The position numbers and the translations under genes were made by a program. A DNA stretch of 64,000 nucleotides from assembly GCA_022897995.1 (NCBI GenBank), contig GCA_022897995.1_4763.1; one strand, 5' to 3'. Under the pieces are notes generated by a model that worked only from the letters and a program-made list of their open reading frames with translations, did not search any database and had not been told where the DNA came from. Below are positions 54,845 through 64,000 of this stretch, piece by piece; within the stretch, counting starts at the first letter, position 1, and each line of letters starts with the position of its first letter. The DNA is from a phage.

Positions 54845-56896
54845 ATGTTTAACTTAGAAATCGACGATCTAATGATTGAATCTTTCGAGAAATGGCTGTT
54901 GACGGAAGAGGAAGAAAACTTTGGCAGTATTGCTCCGGTACAGTGCTTAAAGCCTAAGCAGAATCCTAAACAGCTTTTTGCAGTACAGACACGCGATAAA
55001 GATGTGATTGTCCGTCTTTGCAACTTCACCAACAAAACACCTAAAATTGTTCGTATGGGTGACAAGACCGCACATGTTGTACTGTGCGAAATGAACAAAA
55101 GCGGTCGTATTGTACAGCTTAAAAATGGTCTAGGCGATAACCCGATTGCAGTTATGGCAAGTGCTTTTGATGTGGTTATGGAAACAGCCCGTAAAGCGCA
55201 ATTAGACGCTGTTATGTTCCGTTTTAACGTATCCCGCATGAAAGGTAAGACCGAACTGGTTAAGCGCGTTATAGAGCGTTTGGTGCGTCGTACACCGAAG
55301 TTCGAAGTATTCCAGCAGGAAGTAATGACCAGCAAAAAGATCGCTTTGGTTGTTGTCAAGCGTCGCGGGATGGCGATTGATAAGATTAAAGGGATTAAAC
55401 TTGATGATTCCCTGTTCACTAAAGTAGAAAGTGATTTAGGTGATCGCTGGGTATCTAAGGCTACTGGCGAATCTCTGACTAAAGATGAAGCGTATGCGGC
55501 TAGCCTTGCATCAGAAGAAGAACGAAACGCGGAAGCGGAACAACGTGTAGCGGCTAAATCTCGTTTGACTAAAGAAGAAATGCTGAAAACTCAAGCGACC
55601 TATAACAGCGACTATGTGAATCATCCAGAAAAAATTAATCTTAAACCGGAAGAAGATATCACCGAAGCCGAACCTAAGAAACAGTTTAATACTCTGATTG
55701 ATCGTCAAGCCTTAGAACGTTCAACCGCTCGTTCTCTGAATGACTGGACAAGTGATATTATCACTCGCTATGGTTTCATGCGTACTATTTTTGAAAGCGA
55801 AGCCGATGCAAAATACGCAGTAAGCGAACTGGTAAAAGTTCAGGACCAATATGATCCGTTGTCTGCGGAAGTTATCGCAGCATCAATCAAACGCTTAAAA
55901 GAAATCATGAATGAAGAAGTGTTTGAAAACAAGATCACCGCCCTAGCAATGGATCGAGTAGACCAGTCTATGCCAGCAGATGTAAAGGCTGAAATGTTGC
56001 GTAGTCACATCACGCAGATTAAAACCGATGCCCTACGTAATGTTGCTTCCGGTATGTTTGAAGCAATTGCTAGCAACATGGGTGAAATGATGGCAGATAT
56101 TGATCTTGATCTGCCGGGCGCGGAAGGTTTTGTGTTGAGCGAGTATGCCGATGCAGCATACATCAATATGAACAACTTCCTAACCGACCGTAAGCTGGAA
56201 GAGTTTGACGGCATCGCAGATCCAGAAGAATTGGTCAAGATGTGCGATGCACTGGATAATGCCTTCTCTAACTATGGCGTTAAACTTGATCCGGGTACTA
56301 TTCTGTATCGTGGTATGGACTTCCGGTCTCAAATGTGGGAAACTGCACGTAAGCAAAAAGCGTTTTACTTTAAAAACTATGTGAGCACTTCCCTTGCACC
56401 TAACATTTTTGGCGGCTGGAATGCAAACGTGGCTAGTGCCGTTGCTGGTGTTGATTCTATGGCTGGATCTCGCGGTGAAGGTGGCGCTAATGTTGCTTTC
56501 TCCATTGCTGGCGCGGAAAACATCCCTGTATTGCCAGTAGGTAACAAGGCATTTGCTTACAAAGAATGCGAGATTTTACTTCCTCGCGGCGTTGTGTTAT
56601 CCTTTGATACGGTAACTCGTGCCACGGCATCGACGGATTCACAAGAAACTTATTACATTGAGGCACATATTATGAACAAAAATGAACTGGCAGCATTACA
56701 AGAATCTGGCGAGATGATCGCGGACGGTGATGCATTCATCCGTGAAGGTGTTGTTAAACCTGCTTCTGACCTGTCTTTCTCCAGCTTTATTACCGAAGCT
56801 AAAACCGAACGTAAGAAAGCAGATAAGGCAACTCTACGTCAGCTTATCGCTGATCTGGTATCTGTAGACGCAATGCCAGATAAATTTAAAATGTAA
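54845..56896 (+). CDS. alt: ADP-ribosyltransferase Alt
   Basis: 683 aa (T4 Alt is 682); ART triad LYRG...FYFKNYVSTSLAPNIFGGW...ECEILLPRG; position between 30 and the baseplate block. Confidence 0.85.
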   Translation: MFNLEIDDLMIESFEKWLLTEEEENFGSIAPVQCLKPKQNPKQLFAVQTRDKDVIVRLCNFTNKTPKIVRMGDKTAHVVLCEMNKSGRIVQLKNGLGDNPIAVMASAFDVVMETARKAQLDAVMFRFNVSRMKGKTELVKRVIERLVRRTPKFEVFQQEVMTSKKIALVVVKRRGMAIDKIKGIKLDDSLFTKVESDLGDRWVSKATGESLTKDEAYAASLASEEERNAEAEQRVAAKSRLTKEEMLKTQATYNSDYVNHPEKINLKPEEDITEAEPKKQFNTLIDRQALERSTARSLNDWTSDIITRYGFMRTIFESEADAKYAVSELVKVQDQYDPLSAEVIAASIKRLKEIMNEEVFENKITALAMDRVDQSMPADVKAEMLRSHITQIKTDALRNVASGMFEAIASNMGEMMADIDLDLPGAEGFVLSEYADAAYINMNNFLTDRKLEEFDGIADPEELVKMCDALDNAFSNYGVKLDPGTILYRGMDFRSQMWETARKQKAFYFKNYVSTSLAPNIFGGWNANVASAVAGVDSMAGSRGEGGANVAFSIAGAENIPVLPVGNKAFAYKECEILLPRGVVLSFDTVTRATASTDSQETYYIEAHIMNKNELAALQESGEMIADGDAFIREGVVKPASDLSFSSFITEAKTERKKADKATLRQLIADLVSVDAMPDKFKM

Positions 56897-56913
56897 TTTT
56901 TAAGAAATAATGG

Positions 56914-56974
56914 TTGACTCAAACGGGGACTAGTTTTATACTAGCCCCGTTTTCTGTTATATGGGAGGTTTAAA
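56914..56974 (+). promoter_or_regulatory. PeSL-like promoter cassette
   Basis: TTGACT 56914-56919; ACGGGGACTAG/CTAGCCCCGT stem; TATACT 56937-56942. Confidence 0.5.
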
Positions 56975-57799
56975 ATGTTCAAACAATTACAGGATTTTCG
57001 TCTTTCAGAAGAATCACGCGAATCAATGATGGAACGTATGGATAATTACATAGAAACATATGGCATTGAGGGGATTAATGGTTACATGATCACTGAGATG
57101 ATCAGCGATCAGATTAATTTTGATGATTATGTGAAGATTATCCGCTTCCTTGAGCGTGAGACACAAGATTATGGATTTGTCAAGAAAATCATTAATGTGA
57201 TGTATGAAGTACACTCCGAAGATTTTGGAGATAATGTATTCAAACATTACAAACATAACAACATAACCCCAGCAGAATATAATGCAATCTGTGATTATGT
57301 GTCTGAACAATACGAATGGGTAAATGGTGCTCTCTTAGGGGAAGAAGACATGACCGACGAGATATCAGAAATTGTTGATTTGATGGATTGTGTCATGGAT
57401 AAAACCGAAAAGTTAAACGGTACTCTTTATCGCGGTCAACATCTTGACATTCAGACAATAGAGCGTATTATTGAAGATAAGGAATTTACCTTTAAAAACT
57501 TTGTGTCAACCAGCATGACACCAATCATCTTTGGAGGCTGGCTTTCAAATAGCACTAGCCTTTATTGTGAGAATCGATATGAATCCATGACCGGAAAGAT
57601 GCAACATTCTTGTAATGTATCATGGGTAATTGACGTAAAAGATCATAAAGGTTTTGTTGTTGGATCAATTGCATGGAATCCTTGCGAATGTGAAGTAATT
57701 TTACCGCGCGGGACTTGCATAAAGGTAAACGACGTAGTAGAATCCTTCGGCGATGAGAATCGTAGACAATTTACAATTTTCGGTGAGGTGACTAAATGA
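56975..57799 (+). CDS. Short Alt-like ADP-ribosyltransferase paralog
   Basis: 274 aa; LYRGQHLD...FTFKNFVSTSMTPIIFGGW...CECEVILPRG parallel the catalytic motifs of Alt but without its long N-terminal region. Confidence 0.6.
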   Translation: MFKQLQDFRLSEESRESMMERMDNYIETYGIEGINGYMITEMISDQINFDDYVKIIRFLERETQDYGFVKKIINVMYEVHSEDFGDNVFKHYKHNNITPAEYNAICDYVSEQYEWVNGALLGEEDMTDEISEIVDLMDCVMDKTEKLNGTLYRGQHLDIQTIERIIEDKEFTFKNFVSTSMTPIIFGGWLSNSTSLYCENRYESMTGKMQHSCNVSWVIDVKDHKGFVVGSIAWNPCECEVILPRGTCIKVNDVVESFGDENRRQFTIFGEVTK

Positions 57800-58281
57800 A
57801 AATGATTAAACTGATTGGTCTTGCGGCTGCATTCATGCTTACTGGTTGTGCTAACATGGAAGCTATGATGAATGCTAAATCAGATCCGGTTTTCTTGCTT
57901 CGTGAATGTAAAGCAGCATATGCAAGCGATGACCAGATCGAATCGTGCTTTATTTCTAAAATGGAACGTCGAGACGTGGATCGCGTTAAAGTTGGTTTAG
58001 CACCACAAACGCAGATGTTCAAAGATGCGATCAAAGAAGCGCGGGAAGAGAAAGCACGAGAAGAAAAGAAGCGTCAAGAAGAATTGCGCAAACAGAAAGA
58101 AGAGTCTATACAACTTGAGAAGATGAAAGCAAGGGATCGTTGTATTATCATGTCTGACATGCAGATAGAGCAAGAAGCAAGAAAAGCAGCATTAAACGGT
58201 GATTATGACCGTTATGAAGAACTTAACAGCGCAGAATTTCAAGCTAAGGCACTAAAATATTGCAATGATTTAGCAAAATAA
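57796..58281 (+). CDS. Predicted lipoprotein with coiled-coil region
   Basis: 161 aa; signal peptide with lipobox LTGC; K/E-rich coiled-coil central segment. Confidence 0.5.
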   Translation: MKMIKLIGLAAAFMLTGCANMEAMMNAKSDPVFLLRECKAAYASDDQIESCFISKMERRDVDRVKVGLAPQTQMFKDAIKEAREEKAREEKKRQEELRKQKEESIQLEKMKARDRCIIMSDMQIEQEARKAALNGDYDRYEELNSAEFQAKALKYCNDLAK

Positions 58282-58309
58282 AAAGGCGGGGATAATCCCC
58301 GCCTTTCGC
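58280..58309. terminator. Bidirectional terminator between lipoprotein gene (+) and baseplate gene 54 (-)
   Basis: AAAAA, GGCGGGG-ataat-CCCCGCC hairpin, TTTCGC; flanked by converging stops. Confidence 0.6.
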
Positions 58310-58312
58310 TTA

Positions 58313-59245
58313 TCAGAACCAGTTAGTGACAGTATTCACCACACGCCCACCAACGCCATTTAGACGCGATAAAGCATTACCAGCAGCAGATAACCCACTA
58401 TCAAGTAAATTGTTGCCGAAAGTGTTTGTTATTGCGTTTATTGCCTTATCCTCAATCCATTCTCGCGCAGCTTGCTCTCCTACAGCACCAGTTTGCATAG
58501 AACGATATGCAAAAGTAACATCGAATGTTGTGATTTCATTATTGTTTTCATAGGTTAATTCCGGTGCACTCACACCAACAGGAACACAACCATTAAACAT
58601 CATGATCGTGTGAGGTACTCCCATTCGGTTATGTAAGTTGACCTGAATATCTGCTTCAACGTCAACAGGAAGCGCACGAAGCCCTGTAACGGGGTCTTCT
58701 ACTGAGTTAACCCAATCCTGCATTGCTCTATAGTTTGATGCGCTAGAGTCCATTCTAAAGCTCAATACAAGCGGATCAAAATCACGTCCGGTAATTCGAA
58801 TGTTTGGCGCATTGTGGTTACGGTCCATTTCATAACTCAATCTGTTTTCTGGAACCTTAACAGCATACACCAGAAGACCGCTTGTCTTATATGCCATATT
58901 GAACCAGTCAAGCGCATATGTACCAACATCAAATTGCCCCAGAAGAGATTGAACTACGCGGGATGACATTGCACCTAAAAGATACTTTTTGACACCGGAT
59001 GAATCAACAGCACGCCTAACACCCTGTACAGCAAGATTTGTTAATGCGTCCGTATAATCACCGCGAGTAATCCCGAAATAGTCATTTAATGCATTTGGTA
59101 TAATATCATATACCGCACCACCCATACTTTCTAGGATCGCTTGTGTCTTATTACTTGGAGTGGTGGCAAATGCCACGCTGAATAAGTTAGATCGCTGAAA
59201 GTCAAGGTTAGCGGCTTGTTCGTTAAAATCATTTAAATCAAACAT
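58313..59245 (-). CDS. 54: Baseplate tail-tube initiator gp54
   Basis: 310 aa; size and order (54-48-29-28-27-51) as in T4. Confidence 0.7.
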   Translation of the reverse strand: MFDLNDFNEQAANLDFQRSNLFSVAFATTPSNKTQAILESMGGAVYDIIPNALNDYFGITRGDYTDALTNLAVQGVRRAVDSSGVKKYLLGAMSSRVVQSLLGQFDVGTYALDWFNMAYKTSGLLVYAVKVPENRLSYEMDRNHNAPNIRITGRDFDPLVLSFRMDSSASNYRAMQDWVNSVEDPVTGLRALPVDVEADIQVNLHNRMGVPHTIMMFNGCVPVGVSAPELTYENNNEITTFDVTFAYRSMQTGAVGEQAAREWIEDKAINAITNTFGNNLLDSGLSAAGNALSRLNGVGGRVVNTVTNWF

Positions 59246-60303
59246 TATACCGCACTCCCAAATATAGTACCACGGGAAAGTGTCAAGATCTCTCTAAATG
59301 ATACTTCCAGAACAAATGTACTAGGCAAGTTAGGAGAAATAGCAAGACCATTAAACTTACCATCAGGCGACTTGTCCAGACGTACACTTGAGATCTGAGC
59401 GGGACCAAATGCATCGCTACGCCCTTCAAATGATGTACGCTTACCGAAGTTAGAGATCATCCATATTGTCGGGTTAGATACAGTAATTACGTTTGATAGA
59501 AAATCGGTGATCCCTTCAAACAGAGTATCATTTCTCTTCGCTTCCTCTGGAGTGGATTTTCTCAATAGTGTATTTTTATACCACGCATCAACTTCCGCTT
59601 TTAATTCTTTTGCGGTGCTGGAAATACCACTAGAACCATAAGACAATTCTAAAAACGTTTCGTATATGATCAGAATATTGCGAAGGTCTTCAATACTACG
59701 TGGGGTTAGATGCCATACGTAGTTTTTAGTTCGTGCGTCAGCACCCGCATACATGCTTCGCGCAGTATTATAAATCTGTTCACCGTGATCGGCAAGGTAT
59801 CCACCAGTAATACTTTCGATACCACCAAAAACGGCAGTAGATGCCATATTAGAAAGAGCACCGCCTAAAGTACCACCGCCACGAGAAATAACAGATTCAC
59901 CAACATCATTAAACTTATGGCTAGCAGCGTCAACGTCAGATTGACTACGAGGAAGAAGAATATTAGCAATTGCCTCGCGGTCAAATGCAGCATTTCTCCC
60001 TCCCAAATTTAAATCAAAACCAGCGATATTAACACTACCACCAAAACCGCTAGCAACATTTTTCTTTTTCCTGAAATCACGCAGCGATCCAGTAGTACGA
60101 GATGTGTAATCGTATGCAGTGAATAACAGACCATTATTATATAAGTCGTTGATATAATAACCGCTAGCATCATTGCCGCTAGCACGTTCAGCGGGGAATT
60201 GAGCGGTTAATGTTTTCCCTTTATTTTTTGAGGTAAAACCAGCGGAGGTTTTAACCCCCGCTTTAAAGCTATCAACGGCATCATTGATAACACTAATTTT
60301 CAT
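59245..60303 (-). CDS. 48: Baseplate tail-tube cap gp48
   Basis: 352 aa; synteny and size as in T4. Confidence 0.7.
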   Translation of the reverse strand: MKISVINDAVDSFKAGVKTSAGFTSKNKGKTLTAQFPAERASGNDASGYYINDLYNNGLLFTAYDYTSRTTGSLRDFRKKKNVASGFGGSVNIAGFDLNLGGRNAAFDREAIANILLPRSQSDVDAASHKFNDVGESVISRGGGTLGGALSNMASTAVFGGIESITGGYLADHGEQIYNTARSMYAGADARTKNYVWHLTPRSIEDLRNILIIYETFLELSYGSSGISSTAKELKAEVDAWYKNTLLRKSTPEEAKRNDTLFEGITDFLSNVITVSNPTIWMISNFGKRTSFEGRSDAFGPAQISSVRLDKSPDGKFNGLAISPNLPSTFVLEVSFREILTLSRGTIFGSAV

Positions 60304-62036
60304 TAAAAGTTCCCCATATTAATTGTACCGGGGGCATCAATTCTAGTTGTTGGTGCACCCTGTTTAATAGTTCTATTGTTTGTTACAATTTGTGTATTAT
60401 TTACGTTTGAGGTCTGATTTGTCGTTTGTTGCTTGATTGCAGCTTGTTTCTGCATTTGTTCAGTACGTTCCGCTTGTTTTGCTGTTTCCGTTTCAGTTGC
60501 CGGAACTGGCTGTGTTTGCACAACACCCTTAGTTTTATCAGCATACATCTCATCAAATTTTTCAATAAGACGCTCTAACTGAGAACGATCACTTTCAACT
60601 AATGTAGGATCTTGAACTTGCTCACGGTAAACATCAATATCCTTTTTCAACTCTCCAATTTTTTCTTTGTCATAGTCACCGCTCAAGTTCTCCATAACTT
60701 CATTAATATTATTGATCGCGCCCTCGCTTTTAATTCTAAGTTTACGACTAGCAGATCGTTGTTCAGCAGAAACAGACTCATATTCCCCGCGTTTTAATTC
60801 TTCTTGTCTTTTCTCTGCGTCAACATCCTTTTGATCTCGCCAACCCAGACTAACAAGACCTTCGTTAACTTTATCCTTAATAGAATCACCGATAGCTTCG
60901 CCAATATCACGGGCTTTTCCGGTCCACCCTGTGCGCTCTCCATACTTGTCTTCTTCGTGTTCAGACTCGACCTTATCCATTAATTCGAGTTCTCTTTCAT
61001 TTGGCGTATAGCCTTGAGCGACAGCAGATTTTAAAGCACCATATTCTAACTTATCGGCATAATCACCCATACCAGGGATCATGCGAAGAATTTTAGCAAT
61101 ACCAGTAGTGATAATTCGATCAAGTTGGATAAAGGTTTTATAGAATGCATCACCAATACCCATAACAAGAGATTTAATTAATTCTCCATATTCGCCTTTA
61201 GACCAATAATCTCGAACTTGACGAATAGTTGTTAGAATATCACTAATTGGTCCAGCCCATTCTCCGGCCTTATCCATAAATTCATCAAATTTTGTTTCGA
61301 ATAAATCACTCCAATATCTGAAATGAATCATAAGGGTATCAATGGCAAAAACAATACCCATCAAAATAGCGCCCCATTTTGCGGCTTCTGCCATAGCGGT
61401 CAAGGTGATCTTAAATAACATCCCTAAGACCTTATTAGAGATACCTATGGTTTCTTTAAATCCTCCACGAACAACTTTAAGAAGATTTTCCATAGAATCC
61501 GCATTGCGCTTATCTGCGGCGTTCTTTTTCTTCCGTTCCTCAACATCTGGTTTTTTCTTTGGAAGACCTTGATAGTTGTCATTATTAGGATGTTCCGGTA
61601 CAGTAGGCAAAACTGGCTGAGGTGATGGCATTGTTTGCGGTTGTTCCGGTTTTTTCAGTGCTTCTTCAATCGCACCAATACCGCTAGCCATTTTACTGAC
61701 AACACCAAATCTACGTTCCATCATAACACCAAAACCACGTAATTTCTCATTCATCTGAGAAGAGAAATTATTGAGTTTTTGCAATTCTTCATATGTTTTT
61801 TGGGTATTGCCAGCGGTAGATTGTGTATTCTCTGCCGTCAATTCATTGGCTGCGGTGTTATCCTCTACAGCACCAACAACTTCATTAGATTTTTGTTCTA
61901 CTGTCTCCGCCACCAATTCGGTAGCGGCTTGCAAATTATCAATAGAATCAAGTTTATCTAATTTGTTAAGTTTATCAATCGGGTTTTCTTCCGCTTCCTT
62001 GCGCATCCCGCGAAATGATGTTAATGCGTCATTCAT
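60303..62036 (-). CDS. 29: Baseplate hub / tail length determinator gp29
   Basis: 577 aa (T4 590); synteny. Confidence 0.7.
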   Translation of the reverse strand: MNDALTSFRGMRKEAEENPIDKLNKLDKLDSIDNLQAATELVAETVEQKSNEVVGAVEDNTAANELTAENTQSTAGNTQKTYEELQKLNNFSSQMNEKLRGFGVMMERRFGVVSKMASGIGAIEEALKKPEQPQTMPSPQPVLPTVPEHPNNDNYQGLPKKKPDVEERKKKNAADKRNADSMENLLKVVRGGFKETIGISNKVLGMLFKITLTAMAEAAKWGAILMGIVFAIDTLMIHFRYWSDLFETKFDEFMDKAGEWAGPISDILTTIRQVRDYWSKGEYGELIKSLVMGIGDAFYKTFIQLDRIITTGIAKILRMIPGMGDYADKLEYGALKSAVAQGYTPNERELELMDKVESEHEEDKYGERTGWTGKARDIGEAIGDSIKDKVNEGLVSLGWRDQKDVDAEKRQEELKRGEYESVSAEQRSASRKLRIKSEGAINNINEVMENLSGDYDKEKIGELKKDIDVYREQVQDPTLVESDRSQLERLIEKFDEMYADKTKGVVQTQPVPATETETAKQAERTEQMQKQAAIKQQTTNQTSNVNNTQIVTNNRTIKQGAPTTRIDAPGTINMGNF

Positions 62037-62551
62037 GATAGGCGATCCAATATGTTAATTCCACCATAGATAGTACCTTCCGGTGTATCCAGTGCAATAG
62101 TTTTTCTTAATCCTGTAGCCCAATCCATAATAAAAGCTGGGAAATCATGGAAGTCTACGCTAGGATCGTGATAATGATGACTCAAGAAATCAGCGTCATC
62201 GATAATAGGGTCAGAAGTATACATTGGATTTTTAAATTTAAAGACTTTACCATTTAAAGTAAATTCAGTCTCTGTACAAATATACACATCAGACAGCTTA
62301 AGACCATCTTTTTCTTCCAGACACTTACCATTAAACGCACAAAGGTTAAGCATAACCAATTCAGACTCGGCAGCGTTTAACCCAGGACAGATTGAATCAA
62401 GAAGAATCTTTAATGTTTCATCACAGCTACGAACATCTTTTAATAATCGATGTTGCTTAATCCCCATTTTTGGGATCTTGATATGTTTCCCGTTTATCTC
62501 TAATTTTTTTACAGGAACAACAAATTTTAACATAGGTTTAGTTTCTGTCAT
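62033..62551 (-). CDS. 28: Baseplate distal hub subunit gp28
   Basis: 172 aa (T4 177); synteny. Confidence 0.65.
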   Translation of the reverse strand: MTETKPMLKFVVPVKKLEINGKHIKIPKMGIKQHRLLKDVRSCDETLKILLDSICPGLNAAESELVMLNLCAFNGKCLEEKDGLKLSDVYICTETEFTLNGKVFKFKNPMYTSDPIIDDADFLSHHYHDPSVDFHDFPAFIMDWATGLRKTIALDTPEGTIYGGINILDRLS

Positions 62552-63660
62552 TATATCTTACCTTCAAATTTGACTTCCTGTAATTCTTCGCTGTTACCGA
62601 TCATATACAGGTGAGTTAATGATTGCTCTCGGCTAATTTCATGCACAACTTCGTCAACAATAAAATCATTGCGTGCTTGTTGTTTCTCATCAAAGAATCG
62701 AATAACCATACCGGGGCGCAACGAAAAATTACCGTGACACACGGCGGTAGCATACGAATCATATTGTTCTATTGTGGCAAGTTTAGAACCTTCCAAAAAC
62801 GCATTCTTATAAGTTAAATCGCCGTAAGCGCCACCATGAGCAAAGTGTGCAATATTATCCCCATTACCAACAACAATTTTATTATACTGCTTAGTAACAA
62901 AATCAATAGTTGTGTATGTCACATTGCTAAATGAATTTTTAACTTTAGCATTGCTCTTAGTCTGCCACTCGAAATTAAAAACCATCAGATTAGGCGACAT
63001 ATCAATAAATTGCCCCATGAGTCTAGGCTCACAGATTATAGCTGGTATTGGCTCATTTTTTAATATTGTATCGTGTCCAGCGATCGTTATACCATCAAAA
63101 TCTTCCCAGCAATACACGAAAGACTCGGTTTCTACGCTTTGCCCGTATGCCCTCACAAAATCCATATAGTCATTTATGGTACTAACCCACGGACAGCGAG
63201 GAATAACAACGTTATCACCCTTTATAGTAGGTTTCCATAAAGGAACTTCCTTATAGATGGCATCAATCATGCTAGTTACGTTATTAACAGCGTTATTTGT
63301 CAATGAGCGAGAAAATTTAAGGTTTAGTGTTTCGTGATAGCTCTTTAACTGGAATGTTAAAATGTTGTCAGATTTTTGGTCAATTGTTACATTACTATGA
63401 GAGATCCCATAGATTCGGTTGAAAACTTCATCTGTATTAGCAGTGGATAGCGAAATCTGAATGATCTCTCTCCCGTTTAATTTTGTATGCATCGCCTTAT
63501 TATCATAGAATTGCAACAATCCTTCGTTCACCCCACGAATCGAATCACGCAGAGTCATTGTAACAAAGGTAGCACCCAATTCTATAAAGCGATGATTTAG
63601 AAACGCCTCATAATCCTGATAAAGTTTTATTGAGACATTAGGAAACCCCGTTCTTTGCAT
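62551..63660 (-). CDS. 27: Baseplate hub subunit gp27
   Basis: 369 aa; N-terminus MQRTGFPNVSIKLYQDY...NEGLLQFYD resembles T4 gp27 N-terminus as recalled. Confidence 0.75.
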   Translation of the reverse strand: MQRTGFPNVSIKLYQDYEAFLNHRFIELGATFVTMTLRDSIRGVNEGLLQFYDNKAMHTKLNGREIIQISLSTANTDEVFNRIYGISHSNVTIDQKSDNILTFQLKSYHETLNLKFSRSLTNNAVNNVTSMIDAIYKEVPLWKPTIKGDNVVIPRCPWVSTINDYMDFVRAYGQSVETESFVYCWEDFDGITIAGHDTILKNEPIPAIICEPRLMGQFIDMSPNLMVFNFEWQTKSNAKVKNSFSNVTYTTIDFVTKQYNKIVVGNGDNIAHFAHGGAYGDLTYKNAFLEGSKLATIEQYDSYATAVCHGNFSLRPGMVIRFFDEKQQARNDFIVDEVVHEISREQSLTHLYMIGNSEELQEVKFEGKI

Positions 63661-64000
63661 TGTTTGCCTCTTTTACGTCTTTCTCGACCAGTGTCAGTGC
63701 AATGTTTCTCTCGACTGGTAACATATCCATAAGATCACTGATAGAATAATTTGATTTTGCCAATAGATGGTTTATTCGATAAAAGATGAATAACTCATCT
63801 GGATTCAACAACAATTTGAATAATGGAAGAAGACCTATGTATTTCAGGTCATGACTTTCACAACAAGATATCTTTTGTTCGATCTTGATTGTGTGCATCT
63901 GCTTAACAACTTCTTCAAATTCAGCAAATGAGATTGAATCGATAACCTGTTCTCTAACTTCTTCCGGTAATTCAGTCCATAGATAATCATTAATACCATC
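63638..64000 (-). CDS. 51: Baseplate hub assembly catalyst gp51 (partial, 5' end beyond window)
   Basis: Reading frame is open from the window edge (no stop between 64000 and 63899) to the stop at 63638; position upstream of gene 27 as in T4. Confidence 0.45.
   Translation of the reverse strand, partial: DGINDYLWTELPEEVREQVIDSISFAEFEEVVKQMHTIKIEQKISCCESHDLKYIGLLPLFKLLLNPDELFIFYRINHLLAKSNYSISDLMDMLPVERNIALTLVEKDVKEANNAKNGVS

Noticed and set aside
1-64000. tRNA genes, integrase or prophage boundary, CRISPR-Cas
   Set aside because: No cloverleaf-like candidates, recombinase motifs or repeat-spacer arrays were recognised by eye; the segment is a lytic T4-like backbone throughout

Overview
This 64 kb window reads as one contiguous segment of a T4-like (Tevenvirinae-type) myovirus genome. 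Gene order is colinear with the T4 map: primase 61, dCTPase 56, dda, dexA, topoisomerase 39, rIIA, rIIB, topoisomerase 52; then a reverse-strand late block (holin t, adhesin 38, long tail fibre 37-36-35-34); then rnh, dsbA, 33, 59, 32, frd, td, nrdA, nrdB, a denA-like gene, RNA ligase, spanins, pseT, cd, 31, DNA ligase 30, alt; and finally a reverse-strand baseplate block (54, 48, 29, 28, 27, 51 partial). Nearly all calls rest on my own recognition of protein motifs and T4 synteny in the supplied ORF translations; no database search was run. Coordinates of ORFs taken from the track are reliable; start codons I re-picked were frame-checked against the track; promoter and terminator coordinates were counted by hand and may be off by 1-2 nt. 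The segment is much more compact than T4 in the 56-to-dda and rIIB-to-52 regions, has no introns in td or nrdB, and has no motA or alc candidate inside the window. The most striking features are: (1) about 15 copies of a roughly 60-75 bp promoter cassette (TTGACA -35, a GC-rich stem-loop overlapping the spacer or -10, a conserved leader and AGGAG RBS), resembling the promoter-early-stem-loop (PeSL) cassettes reported in RB49-like pseudo-T-even phages; (2) a denA-like GIY-YIG endonuclease gene split by a frameshift inside a (TA)4 repeat; (3) a thymidylate synthase with an in-frame insertion of about 130 aa; (4) accessory genes not expected from the T4 backbone, including a CYTH-like protein, a NADAR-like protein, a truncated C5-methyltransferase-like protein next to a DUF262-like protein, a secreted LprI/DUF1311-like protein, and a second short Alt-like ADP-ribosyltransferase. 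No tRNA, CRISPR array or integrase was recognised.
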